DNA of 64,000 nucleotides from Acidimicrobiaceae bacterium (GCA_009837445.1 VXTM01000047.1:72437-136436); one strand, 5' to 3'. Shown: positions 18,245 to 27,507, counted from the stretch's first letter. A program made the numbers and translations. Notes: a model not told the origin generated them from the letters alone.

Positions 18245-20524
18245 CTATTCCTCCCCTGGATCATGCCCGGTCGGGCGGTGCAGGGCGTGCCAGAGGTGGG
18301 CCGAGCTCACGGAGCTGCTGAGCACCTCGGCCCCTGCGCCGACGGCGTCGGCGACGCCGTTGGCGACCGCGCCGAGCGAGCCGACCATCCCGGCCTCGCC
18401 GCCGCCCTTGATGCCGAGCGGGTTGGATCCGCTGCCGTGCTCGATGATGGTGACCTCCACGTCGGGCAGTTCGGCCGCGGTGGGCATCATGTAGTCGGCG
18501 AAGGTCACCGACAGCGGCTGGCCGTGCTCGTCGTACGCGATCTCCTCGAACAGCGCTCCACCGATGCCCTGCGCGGCTGCGCCCGCCAGCTGGCCCCGAA
18601 GGAGTCTCGGGTTGACGGCTCGCCCGACGTCATGGGCCAGCGCGAACCGGTCCACCCGGGCTCTGCCGTCGGCCGGGTTCACCGACACCGAGCACACCGC
18701 CCCGCCGAAGGAGGCGGTCAGCCCCTCCTTTTCGAACCGGCCGCGGGTGGGGCCGATGTCGCCGAGCCCAACCGAACGGTCGCCGGGCGCGGTCGCCGCG
18801 CCGCCGCGGAACTCCACGTCGTCGGGCCCGCATCCGAGGAGCGGCGCGGCCACCGCTCTCATCTCGTCGACAGCCGCCGCGATGGCGTTCCCGGCCAGCA
18901 CTGTGGAGCGGCTGGCGAAGGCCCCGAAGCCCTGCGGCACCTCGGCAGTGTCATGGAACTCGACGGTCACGTCGGTGAGCGGCACGTCGAGAAGTTCGGC
19001 CGCGATCTGAGCCAGCGCAGTCTCGACGCCCTGGCCCAGCGATCCGACACCGGCCCGAACGACGACATTGCCCGCGCCACCGATCACCTCGACCTCTTCG
19101 AATGGTCCGACCGCGGCGAACTCGATATAGGCCGAGATGCCGACGCCGGCATGCTGCCCATCGGCTCGCGCCTGTTGCTGCTCGACCCGCATCCGGTCGT
19201 AGCCAGCCCCGTCGAGCATCTGATCGAAAGCCTGAACGAAGTCGCCGCCCTGGTACATGATCGGCATCACCGCCCCCGAACCGGGCCCCGGCATGAAGCT
19301 GAACGGCATCGACTCGGCCGGGATCAGGTTGCGGCGCCGCAGGTCGGCCGGGTCCATCTGTAGCTCGGCCGCCAGGATGTCGACCATGCGCTCACGGACG
19401 AAAGTGGCCTCGGTCATGCCCGGGCCGCGGTAGGTGCCGACCGGGGTCCGGTTCGTCAGCACCGCGTCGAGATCCATGCTGAACGCCTGCCACTCGTAGG
19501 GACCGGGAAGGTGGACCATGGGGAGCACGACCGGCAGCAGGCCCTGGGTCCTGACGTAGGCGCCGTGGTCGCACCATCCCCGTACCCGGAAACCCAGCAT
19601 CCGGCCGTCGGCGCCGGCCGCCAGCTCGAAGTCGTGCTCCTGTTCCCGGGCATGGTTGGTGGCGACCATGTGCTCCCAGCGGTCCTCGATCCACTGGACG
19701 GGCCTCTCGAGACGCCGGGCCAGCAGCGCGACGAGGATGTCCTCGGGGTAGGGCTCGCCCCGCGTCCCGAACCCGCCCCCCACTTCAACCTCGATGACGC
19801 GGACTTTGGTCAGCTCAAGCCCCAGCACGCGGCTCAGCAGGGCCCGGGTGAAGTGCTTGACCTTGGCGCCGCCCCACACCGTGAGCCCGCCTGATCCGGA
19901 GTCGTAGTCGGCCACCAGCCCGCGGGTCTCCATCGGCGTCGCGGCGAGGCGATGGACACGCAGCCGGCGGCGGACCACCACATCGGCCTGCGCGAACGCC
20001 GCGTCAACGTCTCCGTAACGGTAGGCGAGCCGGCCGATGGTGTTGCTTCCGAAGCTCTCGTGCACCAACGTCCGGGAAGACTCCGCCGACGTGGCTGGAT
20101 CGAGGACCGGCTCCAGCTCCTCGAGATCGACGGAGACGAGTTCGGCGGCGTCCTCGGCCACATAGGGGTCATCGGCCACGACCACCGCGACCGGTTCGCC
20201 GACGTAGCGGACGACATCGGCGGCCAAGGGTGCCTGCAGCACCGCGTTGGCCTCGGGCGACTCCGCGAACGGGAGCCGGATCGGTATCCGGATGTCGTCG
20301 ATGTCGTCGGCGGTGATGGCTGCCACGACGCCGGGGACCCGCAGGGCTTCGGAGGTGTCTACGCCGAGCAGCCGGGCGTGGGCCGACGGGCTCCGCACCA
20401 CCCGGGCGTACACCTGGCCCTCGAGTCGGATGTCGGCCACGTAGGTTCCTTCGCCGGTGAGCAGCTCCCGGTTCTTGCGCCTAGGCGCGGGGCTGCCGAT
20501 GAGCCCGCCGCGGGGCGCGCTCAC
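18245..20524 (-). CDS. Xanthine-dehydrogenase-family molybdopterin-binding large subunit, set 2 (L3)
   Basis: 759 aa. N-terminus RRKNRELLTGEGTYVADI. Loop GTYRGPGMTE. 4-nt overlap with the upstream M gene. Confidence 0.85.
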   Translation of the reverse strand: MSAPRGGLIGSPAPRRKNRELLTGEGTYVADIRLEGQVYARVVRSPSAHARLLGVDTSEALRVPGVVAAITADDIDDIRIPIRLPFAESPEANAVLQAPLAADVVRYVGEPVAVVVADDPYVAEDAAELVSVDLEELEPVLDPATSAESSRTLVHESFGSNTIGRLAYRYGDVDAAFAQADVVVRRRLRVHRLAATPMETRGLVADYDSGSGGLTVWGGAKVKHFTRALLSRVLGLELTKVRVIEVEVGGGFGTRGEPYPEDILVALLARRLERPVQWIEDRWEHMVATNHAREQEHDFELAAGADGRMLGFRVRGWCDHGAYVRTQGLLPVVLPMVHLPGPYEWQAFSMDLDAVLTNRTPVGTYRGPGMTEATFVRERMVDILAAELQMDPADLRRRNLIPAESMPFSFMPGPGSGAVMPIMYQGGDFVQAFDQMLDGAGYDRMRVEQQQARADGQHAGVGISAYIEFAAVGPFEEVEVIGGAGNVVVRAGVGSLGQGVETALAQIAAELLDVPLTDVTVEFHDTAEVPQGFGAFASRSTVLAGNAIAAAVDEMRAVAAPLLGCGPDDVEFRGGAATAPGDRSVGLGDIGPTRGRFEKEGLTASFGGAVCSVSVNPADGRARVDRFALAHDVGRAVNPRLLRGQLAGAAAQGIGGALFEEIAYDEHGQPLSVTFADYMMPTAAELPDVEVTIIEHGSGSNPLGIKGGGEAGMVGSLGAVANGVADAVGAGAEVLSSSVSSAHLWHALHRPTGHDPGEE

Positions 20525-21384
20525 GGGCCGCCCCCCAGTCTTCTCAAGGCCCGCTCGACCAGATGCGATACGAGCGCTCTGCGATAGGTGCCGTCGGCGT
20601 GCCAGTCGCCGGCATCCGGGTCACAGAGCTCCGCGGCCAGCCGGGCGCACTCGACGATCGCGGTGTCGTCGAGGAACGAGCCCGACAGCGCCTGCTCGGC
20701 GTCGAGGGCCCGTACCGGCGTCGGGCCGACGCTCCCGAGCGCGATCCTCACGTCGCGGGCCGATCCGTCGGTGGCCAGCCGGCACCCGGCGGCCACCGAG
20801 GCGTAGGCGAAGTCGCCTATTCGGGGGCTGAACTCCTCGAACACCGACCGGAACCCCGTGCCCGGCGTAGGGAACCGGGCCTCGACCAGGACCTCGTCGG
20901 GGTCGGCCGCCGTGGTCAGCGGGGCCAGGAAGAAGTCGCGGGCAGGCATCGTGCGGACACCCCGGACGCTCCTGAGGACGATCTCCGCGTCGAATGCCGC
21001 GGCCACCACCCCGAGCTCGCTAGCAGGGTCGGCATGGGCCAGGCTCCCGCCGAAGGTGCCTCTGACCCTTATCGGCAGGTGGCCTATGAGCGAGGCCGCC
21101 TCCCGGAGGGCCTGCCATCCGCCGTTGAGATCGGCCCGCTCGAGCGTCGCGTGCCGGACGAGCGCGCCGACGCGCAGGCAGCCGTCCTGCTCTTCGAGGG
21201 TGTCGAGCCCCTCAATCCCGCCGATGTCAATGAGGTGGCTGGGCCGGGCCAGCCTGAAGGCCAGCAGCGGCAGCAGGCTCTGGCCGCCGGCCAGCAGCTT
21301 GGCGTCCTCTCCGGCCTCATCGAGAAGAGCGACCGCTTCGTCGAGCGTGCCCGCCGCCGCGTAGGCGAAGGGAGGAGGCTTCAC
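20521..21384 (-). CDS. Mo-hydroxylase FAD-binding medium subunit, set 2
   Basis: GTG at 21384 in a GTGA overlap with the S stop, preferred over the ORF start at 21561. Blocks KPPPFAYAAAGTLDEAVALL and AGGQSLLPLLAFR. Confidence 0.8.
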   Translation of the reverse strand: MKPPPFAYAAAGTLDEAVALLDEAGEDAKLLAGGQSLLPLLAFRLARPSHLIDIGGIEGLDTLEEQDGCLRVGALVRHATLERADLNGGWQALREAASLIGHLPIRVRGTFGGSLAHADPASELGVVAAAFDAEIVLRSVRGVRTMPARDFFLAPLTTAADPDEVLVEARFPTPGTGFRSVFEEFSPRIGDFAYASVAAGCRLATDGSARDVRIALGSVGPTPVRALDAEQALSGSFLDDTAIVECARLAAELCDPDAGDWHADGTYRRALVSHLVERALRRLGGGP

Positions 21385-21878
21385 GGGTCGTCCCGGTTCG
21401 CGGCCAGAGCGTCCAGAGCAGCTTGAAACACGGGCACCGCACCGGTGCAGCGGCACAGATTCGAGGAGACCACCTCCAGGATCCGGTCCCGTCCTGCCTC
21501 CGGTTCGGAGCGCAGCAGGCTCTCGATCAGCATGAGGAAACCGGGTGTGCAGAACCCGCACTGCAGGGCGTCGTTGTCATCGAAGGCCTGCTGCAGGGCG
21601 CTGAGCCCGTCGCCGTCGGCGAGGCTCTCGACCGTCTCGATGTCGTGGCCCTGTCCCTGGACGGCCAGCATCAGGCACGAGCGGACGGCGGTGCCGTCCA
21701 GCAGGATCGTGCAGGAGCCGCACACGCCGTGCTCGCAGCCGAGGCGCACGCTGGTGAGGCCGGCGTCGCGCAGAGCGTCGGCCAGGGTCCGCCTGGGCGG
21801 GACGCGAACCTCCCGCGACGCGCCGTTCACGGTCAGGGTGACGGCAGCCGACTCATAGGGATCGAGCCATCCAGCCAT
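21381..21878 (-). CDS. Mo-hydroxylase (2Fe-2S)-binding small subunit, set 2
   Basis: 165 aa. Motifs CEHGVCGSCTI, CGFCTPG and CRCTGA (Tyr of the usual CRCTGY replaced by Ala). Confidence 0.9.
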   Translation of the reverse strand: MAGWLDPYESAAVTLTVNGASREVRVPPRRTLADALRDAGLTSVRLGCEHGVCGSCTILLDGTAVRSCLMLAVQGQGHDIETVESLADGDGLSALQQAFDDNDALQCGFCTPGFLMLIESLLRSEPEAGRDRILEVVSSNLCRCTGAVPVFQAALDALAANRDDP

Positions 21879-21885
21879 CAGGCGG

Positions 21886-22893
21886 TTACACGGAGACGGC
21901 AGCGCGGTCCGCGAGGTCTCGCAGGAGCTTCCGGTAGGCGATCGATCCGGAGTCGGCCAGCTTGAGGTGGAGTTCCTCGCGGGGGTCGAGGGGCAGCTCG
22001 GCCGGATCCTGGGCCTCGACCACGATGCGGTCCTGCTCCATCACGTCGTGGAACCCGGCGCCGAAGTCGGCGTCGGAGGTGTCGAAGGAGTGATTGCGCG
22101 ACAGCCACGAGAAGATGCGGGTCTCAGCCCGGTCGGTGGGTGAGGCGATGAAGGTGATGGTGGTGATGTCGCCTGCCTTCGACTCGCCCTGCTCGGACCA
22201 GGTCACACCGCCGCTGACGGCCACCACGGACTTGCGATCGTGCAGGGTGAAGGGGAGGTGCAGCGTGTAGTCGCGCAACAGCACGCTGTCGTCGTAGGCG
22301 TACCTCATGCCGTCGCCGGTGACCTCGACCTCAAAGGGCTTGATGAACGCTCCGTCGGCCAGTTCCGTGAAGCCCTCGTGCACGAAGTTGAAGTGGGCGA
22401 AGTCGATGGCGTTCTCCAGCATCCGCCCGGCGGACGATTGCCAGCGCCAGGTGCCCACCAGGAACACATGCCAGTCGTCGCTGTTCCAGTCGTCGTCGGG
22501 CCACGGGGGAAGATCGGCCACCGGTTCGTCGGGCGCGATCCATACCGCACCGTGGTCCTCGCGCACGTGGTAGCGGTGGACCCTGGCCTGGCTCGGGATG
22601 GCGCCCCCGGCTCCCAGCGCCGGGATGAACGCCACCTTGCCGGTGCGGTCGTACTGCCAGCCGTGGTAGGGGCACATCAGGCGCCCATCGCGGATGCAGC
22701 CCCCCGACAGCGCCACTCCCCGGTGCACGCACTTGTCCCGCAGAGCCACCAGTCCCTCGTCGTCGCGGTAGAGCACGATGGTCTCGCCCAGCAGCCTCAC
22801 CTGCATGGGCTCGGCAGTGACCTCTTCGGAAACCGCGACCGGATGCCAGTAGTGCCTCAGCGCCTGGTCGAACTGCTGTGCCTGGTCGAGCAT
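21886..22893 (-). CDS. Rieske non-heme iron oxygenase, single-subunit (VanA/PaO/OxoO/NdmA-like) type, paralog 1
   Basis: ATG at 22893 (MLDQAQQFDQALRHYWHPV). Rieske motif CVHRGVALS...CPYHGW. Catalytic motif ENAIDFAHFNFVH. About 335 aa. Confidence 0.8.
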   Translation of the reverse strand: MLDQAQQFDQALRHYWHPVAVSEEVTAEPMQVRLLGETIVLYRDDEGLVALRDKCVHRGVALSGGCIRDGRLMCPYHGWQYDRTGKVAFIPALGAGGAIPSQARVHRYHVREDHGAVWIAPDEPVADLPPWPDDDWNSDDWHVFLVGTWRWQSSAGRMLENAIDFAHFNFVHEGFTELADGAFIKPFEVEVTGDGMRYAYDDSVLLRDYTLHLPFTLHDRKSVVAVSGGVTWSEQGESKAGDITTITFIASPTDRAETRIFSWLSRNHSFDTSDADFGAGFHDVMEQDRIVVEAQDPAELPLDPREELHLKLADSGSIAYRKLLRDLADRAAVSV

Positions 22894-22921
22894 CGGCGTT
22901 CCCCCTTGTGCGCCTTCCAGG

Positions 22922-24028
22922 TCAGGGCGCCTTGGACATATCGACGATGGCGGCCACCATGCCACCTCCGGCGGGACCCTGCTGGAGAGCCGCCACCGAG
23001 CAGTACACGGCCGGATCCCCGATGGCGGCGGCCGCTACCGCACCCACGGCGCCCTTGGTGTGGTGGGTGTGGTGGATGTCGGAGTCGTTGATCGAGACGA
23101 GCCGGCGGCCCCGCAGCCGTCCCGAGGGGTCGGTCTCGCACTTGATGAAGCAGTTCACGACGGCATCGCCCAGGTCGCTGGGGTGGGGCCGGTCGGGCAG
23201 GTCGAGGCCGGCCGAGCGGATGGCGTCGTAGATCCCGTCGAAGTCGAGGGCGTCGCGCATGACGGAGTGGCCGATGCGGAAGTCGCCGCCAGCTCCGGCC
23301 TTGTTGCCAACGACGACGATCTGGGCGGGATCCTGCTCGACGCCCGACGAGCACGACGCCACCGACGAGTACAGGTCGAGATCGTTGGCGATCTGCTCGG
23401 GGCGGGGCAGGTCGAACTCGCCTACGGCGTACCCGATGCCGAGCGCGGCGGTGGCGTTGGACACCGCCATCGACTCCATCGTGTCGGTCATGACCACATC
23501 CTTGCCCCGGCTGCGGGCGTCCTCGATGCGCTCCCGGGTCAGCAGCGGGGTCTTGGACTGCACGAAATGGACGTCGGCGGGATCGTCGATGCCCGCGTCG
23601 GCCATGGCGACCCGAACCCCCTCGGCCACCTTCTCCACCATCGGCAGGCGGCCGATTTCCTCGGGCAGGATCGCCTCCGACATGGTCACGCCCACCGCCA
23701 GCCGCTTCTCGTCGCCGGGGGCGCCGTTGCCGCCGACCCGGGCGAAGACGTTCATGTGGGGCGCGATCACGCCGTCGGTGCCGCCGGACCACACGATGGG
23801 CATGCGGTCGATCTCAGACGGCGACCGCGTCCCGTGCACGTTGAGGAAGTCGCGGAAGACACGATCAGCCAGGATCCGGGAGAAGTCGTTGACCCCGCCG
23901 TTGCCCTCCGTCTTGCCGATCACGCCGATGATCTCGTCAGCGGTGAACGAGCCATTCTCGATCTCGGCCAGCAGGCCGCTCATGTCCGACACGAACTCGA
24001 AGGGGATCTTGCGTACAACTATGGGCAT
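22922..24028 (-). CDS. Ring-opening amidohydrolase of the AtzD/TrzD cyanuric acid hydrolase / barbiturase family
   Basis: 368 aa. Collinear with Pseudomonas AtzD as I remember it: GKTEGNGGVNDF, WSGGTDGV..PH.NVFAR, LPEEIGR, VHFVQSKTPLLT, ESMAVSN, ASCSSGVE, NCFIKCE, RGRR, DSDIHHT, QQGPAGGG. Confidence 0.85.
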   Translation of the reverse strand: MPIVVRKIPFEFVSDMSGLLAEIENGSFTADEIIGVIGKTEGNGGVNDFSRILADRVFRDFLNVHGTRSPSEIDRMPIVWSGGTDGVIAPHMNVFARVGGNGAPGDEKRLAVGVTMSEAILPEEIGRLPMVEKVAEGVRVAMADAGIDDPADVHFVQSKTPLLTRERIEDARSRGKDVVMTDTMESMAVSNATAALGIGYAVGEFDLPRPEQIANDLDLYSSVASCSSGVEQDPAQIVVVGNKAGAGGDFRIGHSVMRDALDFDGIYDAIRSAGLDLPDRPHPSDLGDAVVNCFIKCETDPSGRLRGRRLVSINDSDIHHTHHTKGAVGAVAAAAIGDPAVYCSVAALQQGPAGGGMVAAIVDMSKAP

Positions 24029-24766
24029 CTAGCGGTCTCCTGTGTTGTGGTCGACTCCGAAGAAGAGCGCCTGCAGCGCCGTGTCCTCCAGCACCTCCTG
24101 GCTCGACACGGGCTGGCCGAGAACACCGGCCTGCATCACATACACCCGGTCACAGTGGGGCAGGCAGACAAGCGGGCTCTCCTCGATCACCCACATGAGG
24201 GTCGTGCCCGAGTCGCGGATCCGCAGGATGTCGTCGATCCGCTCCCGCACGATGGACGGCGCCAGTCCCGTTGTGGGCTCGTCGAGGGCCAGGAAGCGGG
24301 GTCCGGTGATCATGGCGCTGGCCAGGGCCAGCATCTGGCGCTCGCCTCCCGACAGCGTGCTGGCATTCTGTCCCATGCGATCGCGCAGAGCGGGGTACGA
24401 CTCGGCTACCTCGCCGACGCGCCGGCGGATCTCGACGGGACTGGATCCCCGAAGCGCCACCGACAGGTTGTCGCGCACGCTCAGGTCGGGGAAGGTGTTG
24501 TGCTCCTGGGGCACATAGCCCATGCCGAGCTCGGCCAGGCTGTGCGCGGGGTGGCGCCGCAGGTCCGCGCCCTCGAAACTCACCGTCCCACCCGCCGCCG
24601 GCAACAGGCGGAAGATCGTCTTCAGCAGCGTTGACTTGCCGGCACCGTTGGGCCCGACCACGGCGACGATCTCGCCGGCGGTCACCTCGAGGTCGACGCC
24701 GTGCAGCACCGGGAATCCCCCGTAGCCGGCCTCGAGAGCCTCGACGCGAAGGACGGCCTCGCTCAT
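24029..24766 (-). CDS. ABC transporter ATP-binding protein (LivF-like)
   Basis: 245 aa. Walker A GPNGAGKST, signature LSGGERQM, Walker B FLALDEPT. Its stop abuts the ATG of the amidohydrolase gene. Confidence 0.85.
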   Translation of the reverse strand: MSEAVLRVEALEAGYGGFPVLHGVDLEVTAGEIVAVVGPNGAGKSTLLKTIFRLLPAAGGTVSFEGADLRRHPAHSLAELGMGYVPQEHNTFPDLSVRDNLSVALRGSSPVEIRRRVGEVAESYPALRDRMGQNASTLSGGERQMLALASAMITGPRFLALDEPTTGLAPSIVRERIDDILRIRDSGTTLMWVIEESPLVCLPHCDRVYVMQAGVLGQPVSSQEVLEDTALQALFFGVDHNTGDR

Positions 24767-25542
24767 GCCTCCGAGTCCTTTGCGCCGTCCTCGCCGAGGT
24801 ACACCCGCATGACGTCTGGGTTGGCGGCGATCTCGGCGGGCGGCCCCGAGGCCAGCAGCGCGCCCCGATCGAGCACATGCACCTCGTCGGCGATCTGCAT
24901 GAGGAACGAGAGATTGTGGTCGATTATCAGGCTCCCCAGCCCCCGCTCGTCGCAGAGCCGCCGCACGAGCTGCGACAGCCGTCCGATGTTGGCCGGGGCG
25001 ACTGCGGCGGCCGGCTCGTCGAGCAGCAGCATCTTGGGCTCGGCCATCAGCGAGCGAGCGAACTCGAGCAGCTTGCGATCGCCGGCCGACAGCTCGTCGG
25101 TACGGACATCGAGCAGATCGGCCATGCCCAGCTCGGCCGAGATCTCCTCCGCACGGTCCCCGGACGCCCGCTCATGGTCCCGGGCCTTGCGGCTCAGCCC
25201 GAGAGCCCCCAGCGGGGTCTCGGCGAAGTGGGGCGTAGCCGCGGCGAGCAGGCTCTCACGCACCGTCAGGGTCGTGAACCCGACCGGGGTCTGGAACGTC
25301 CTGATGAGCCCGAGCTCGGCCACCCTCCACGGCGGCAGCCCGTCGATGCGTTGATCGCCGAAGCTGATCGACCCCCGATCCGGGGGATCGAAGCCGGTAA
25401 TGGCGTTGAAGAGGGTGGTCTTGCCGGCGCCGTTGGGCCCGATCAGCGCGGTGACCCTGTCCTGGGGCATCACCGCCGACACGTCGTCGACTGCGACCAC
25501 GCCGCCGAAGGTCTTGCGGACCGTGTCGAGCACGAGTTCCAT
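24763..25542 (-). CDS. ABC transporter ATP-binding protein (LivG-like)
   Basis: ATG at 25542 (MELVLDTVRKTFGG) preferred over the ORF start at 26442, which overlaps the permease. Walker A GPNGAGKTT. Block LLLDEPAA. ATGA overlap with the next gene. Confidence 0.85.
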   Translation of the reverse strand: MELVLDTVRKTFGGVVAVDDVSAVMPQDRVTALIGPNGAGKTTLFNAITGFDPPDRGSISFGDQRIDGLPPWRVAELGLIRTFQTPVGFTTLTVRESLLAAATPHFAETPLGALGLSRKARDHERASGDRAEEISAELGMADLLDVRTDELSAGDRKLLEFARSLMAEPKMLLLDEPAAAVAPANIGRLSQLVRRLCDERGLGSLIIDHNLSFLMQIADEVHVLDRGALLASGPPAEIAANPDVMRVYLGEDGAKDSEA

Positions 25543-25550
25543 GCCTGCCC

Positions 25551-26540
25551 CTATCCGCCCGAGCCTTGAGCGGCTCCGGCCGGGCGCGAGTCTCCTGCGG
25601 ACCGTCCGGCCGGGCGGTTGCCGGCCCCGAAGGCGCTCCGCTCCGAGAACAGCCCGTCCGGGCGGAAGCGCAGCACCAGCACCAGAAGCAGGCCCACCAT
25701 GAACGGCTCGATGGCGACCAGGATGTTGATGTGGGAGGGATCGACCTCGATGAGGCCCACCGCCTCGGTGAACACGATCAGGACGAAGGCGCCGGCGAGG
25801 CCGCCGCGGATGCTTCCCAGGCCCCCGATGACCAGCGCGGTCCACACCGTGAAGGTGATGCCCGGCGCGAACAGCTGCGGTGAGACGGCCCGGATGTAGA
25901 ACAGGTACACCGGGGCGGTGGCTCCGATGAGGACTCCGGCCAGCACGAAGGTCTTGATCCTCATCCGGTTGACCCGCTTGCCCAGCGCGAGGGCGACGGC
26001 CTCGTTGTCGCGGGCGGCCCGGAGCGTCCGGCCGAACGGTGAGATCCCGATCTGGCGGGTGACGAGATACATGACGGCCGCGGCCGCCACTGCGATGCCG
26101 AGCAGTACGTAGTTGTAGTCGCGGCCGGTGACGAAGCTGTCGAAGGGGCGGTTGATGTTGGGCACCCCCAGCGTGCCCCGGGTGAGGTCGGCCTGGATGA
26201 CCACCAACTGGCGGATGATCTCGGCGAAGGCCAGCGTGGTGATCAGGAAGTACTCGCGCCTTAATCGGAGCGCGGGCGCGCCGATGGCGAACGCCACCAG
26301 ACCGGTGAACAGGGCCGACAGCGGCCAGGCCACCCACATAGACAATCCGGGCGCGAACCGCATGCCGAGATCCGGGTCGGCGGTGAGAATCACGTAGCAG
26401 TAGCTGCCGGCGGCCAGTAGTCCGGCGATGCCGAGATCCCACATGCCGCCCCAGCCGGACTCGACGTTGAGCGCCATGGCCAGGCTGGCGTAGATCGCCG
26501 CCAGCGTCAGCACGCCCACCCAGAAGATGGGATTGGTCAT
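25551..26540 (-). CDS. Branched-chain-amino-acid-type ABC permease (LivM-like)
   Basis: 329-aa polytopic membrane ORF. Lies 8 nt upstream of the LivG-like gene. Confidence 0.8.
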   Translation of the reverse strand: MTNPIFWVGVLTLAAIYASLAMALNVESGWGGMWDLGIAGLLAAGSYCYVILTADPDLGMRFAPGLSMWVAWPLSALFTGLVAFAIGAPALRLRREYFLITTLAFAEIIRQLVVIQADLTRGTLGVPNINRPFDSFVTGRDYNYVLLGIAVAAAAVMYLVTRQIGISPFGRTLRAARDNEAVALALGKRVNRMRIKTFVLAGVLIGATAPVYLFYIRAVSPQLFAPGITFTVWTALVIGGLGSIRGGLAGAFVLIVFTEAVGLIEVDPSHINILVAIEPFMVGLLLVLVLRFRPDGLFSERSAFGAGNRPAGRSAGDSRPAGAAQGSGG

Positions 26541-26574
26541 GGCGTCGCCGCCTTCGGGGTGTCGGCGGAGGAAG

Positions 26575-27444
26575 TCATGCCACCACCGCGTCCTTGCGAC
26601 GCTGGACGGAGAGGATCCCCTCGGGCCTCAGTATCAGAACCGCGACCAGCACCCCGAAGGCCACCACCGGCCGGTAGGCGGTGGGGATGAACAGCGCGGA
26701 GACGTCCATCATGATCCCCAGCAGCAGCCCGGCCAGGATCACACCGGTGATGCTGCGCAGGCCGCCCAGCACTGCGGCGGCCAGCACGATCAGGATGTTG
26801 TGCCAGCCGATCTCGGTGTTGACCGCACCGAGCACGCCGAGCATCACGCCGGCCATGGCTCCGAAGGCCGAGCTGATGAACCAGATCGTGTTGGACACGG
26901 TGCGCACCGGCACGCCCCTGACCCGGGCTAGGTCGTCGTTGCTGGCCACGGCCCGGATGGCTCGCCCCAGTCCGGTGGAGTTGAGGAAGATCTGGAGCGC
27001 GGCGATGCTGCCGAACGCCAGCCCGATGATCACCAGCTCGTTGGTGGCGATGCCGATGCCCGCGAAGCGGTGCAGTCCGCCTGACACGTCGGGGTAGAAG
27101 CGGGCCTGGGTTCCGAACAGTGCCAGGATGGCGGCGTACATCATCAGCGCCAGCCCGATCGAGGTGAACAGCAGCACGGTGCCGCCCTGGTGGCGCACCG
27201 GCTGGAAGAAGACGGCGGACAGGACAACCCCCAGGGCGCCGAGCCCGACCACGGTGATGGCGCCGGCCAGGAAGATGTTCATGCCGTAGGTGTCCACCAG
27301 CACCACGCCGACGAAGGCGCCCAGCGCCATCATCTGGGCGTGGGCGATGTTGAGGAAGTTCTCGGTCTGTCGCACCAGCGCGAATCCGAGGGTCGCCACG
27401 GCCAGGATGCTGCCGGTGACGATCCCGAAGACGACGTTCTGCAC
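26575..27444 (-). CDS. Branched-chain-amino-acid-type ABC permease (LivH-like)
   Basis: 289-aa polytopic membrane ORF (MQNVVFGIVTGSILAVATLGFALV). Confidence 0.8.
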   Translation of the reverse strand: MQNVVFGIVTGSILAVATLGFALVRQTENFLNIAHAQMMALGAFVGVVLVDTYGMNIFLAGAITVVGLGALGVVLSAVFFQPVRHQGGTVLLFTSIGLALMMYAAILALFGTQARFYPDVSGGLHRFAGIGIATNELVIIGLAFGSIAALQIFLNSTGLGRAIRAVASNDDLARVRGVPVRTVSNTIWFISSAFGAMAGVMLGVLGAVNTEIGWHNILIVLAAAVLGGLRSITGVILAGLLLGIMMDVSALFIPTAYRPVVAFGVLVAVLILRPEGILSVQRRKDAVVA

Positions 27445-27462
27445 GGCGGACTCCCCGGGTCA

Positions 27463-27507
27463 GACCCCGACGGCCGACCCGGTGTGCCCGGGCCGGCCGT
27501 CGGGGTC
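27463..27507 (-). promoter_or_regulatory. Intercistronic GC-rich stem-loop between binding-protein and permease genes
   Basis: Perfect 14-bp inverted repeat GACCCCGACGGCCG (27463..27476) / CGGCCGTCGGGGTC (27494..27507). It encloses an inner 5-bp stem (CCCGG 27478..27482 / CCGGG 27488..27492). No U-tract follows on the minus strand. Confidence 0.6.

Noticed and set aside
22922-24028. Annotating the AtzD-family gene as part of an atrazine/cyanuric acid (atzDEF / trzD) pathway.
   Set aside because: No biuret hydrolase, allophanate hydrolase or triazine hydrolase genes occur in the window. Family membership alone does not define the substrate.
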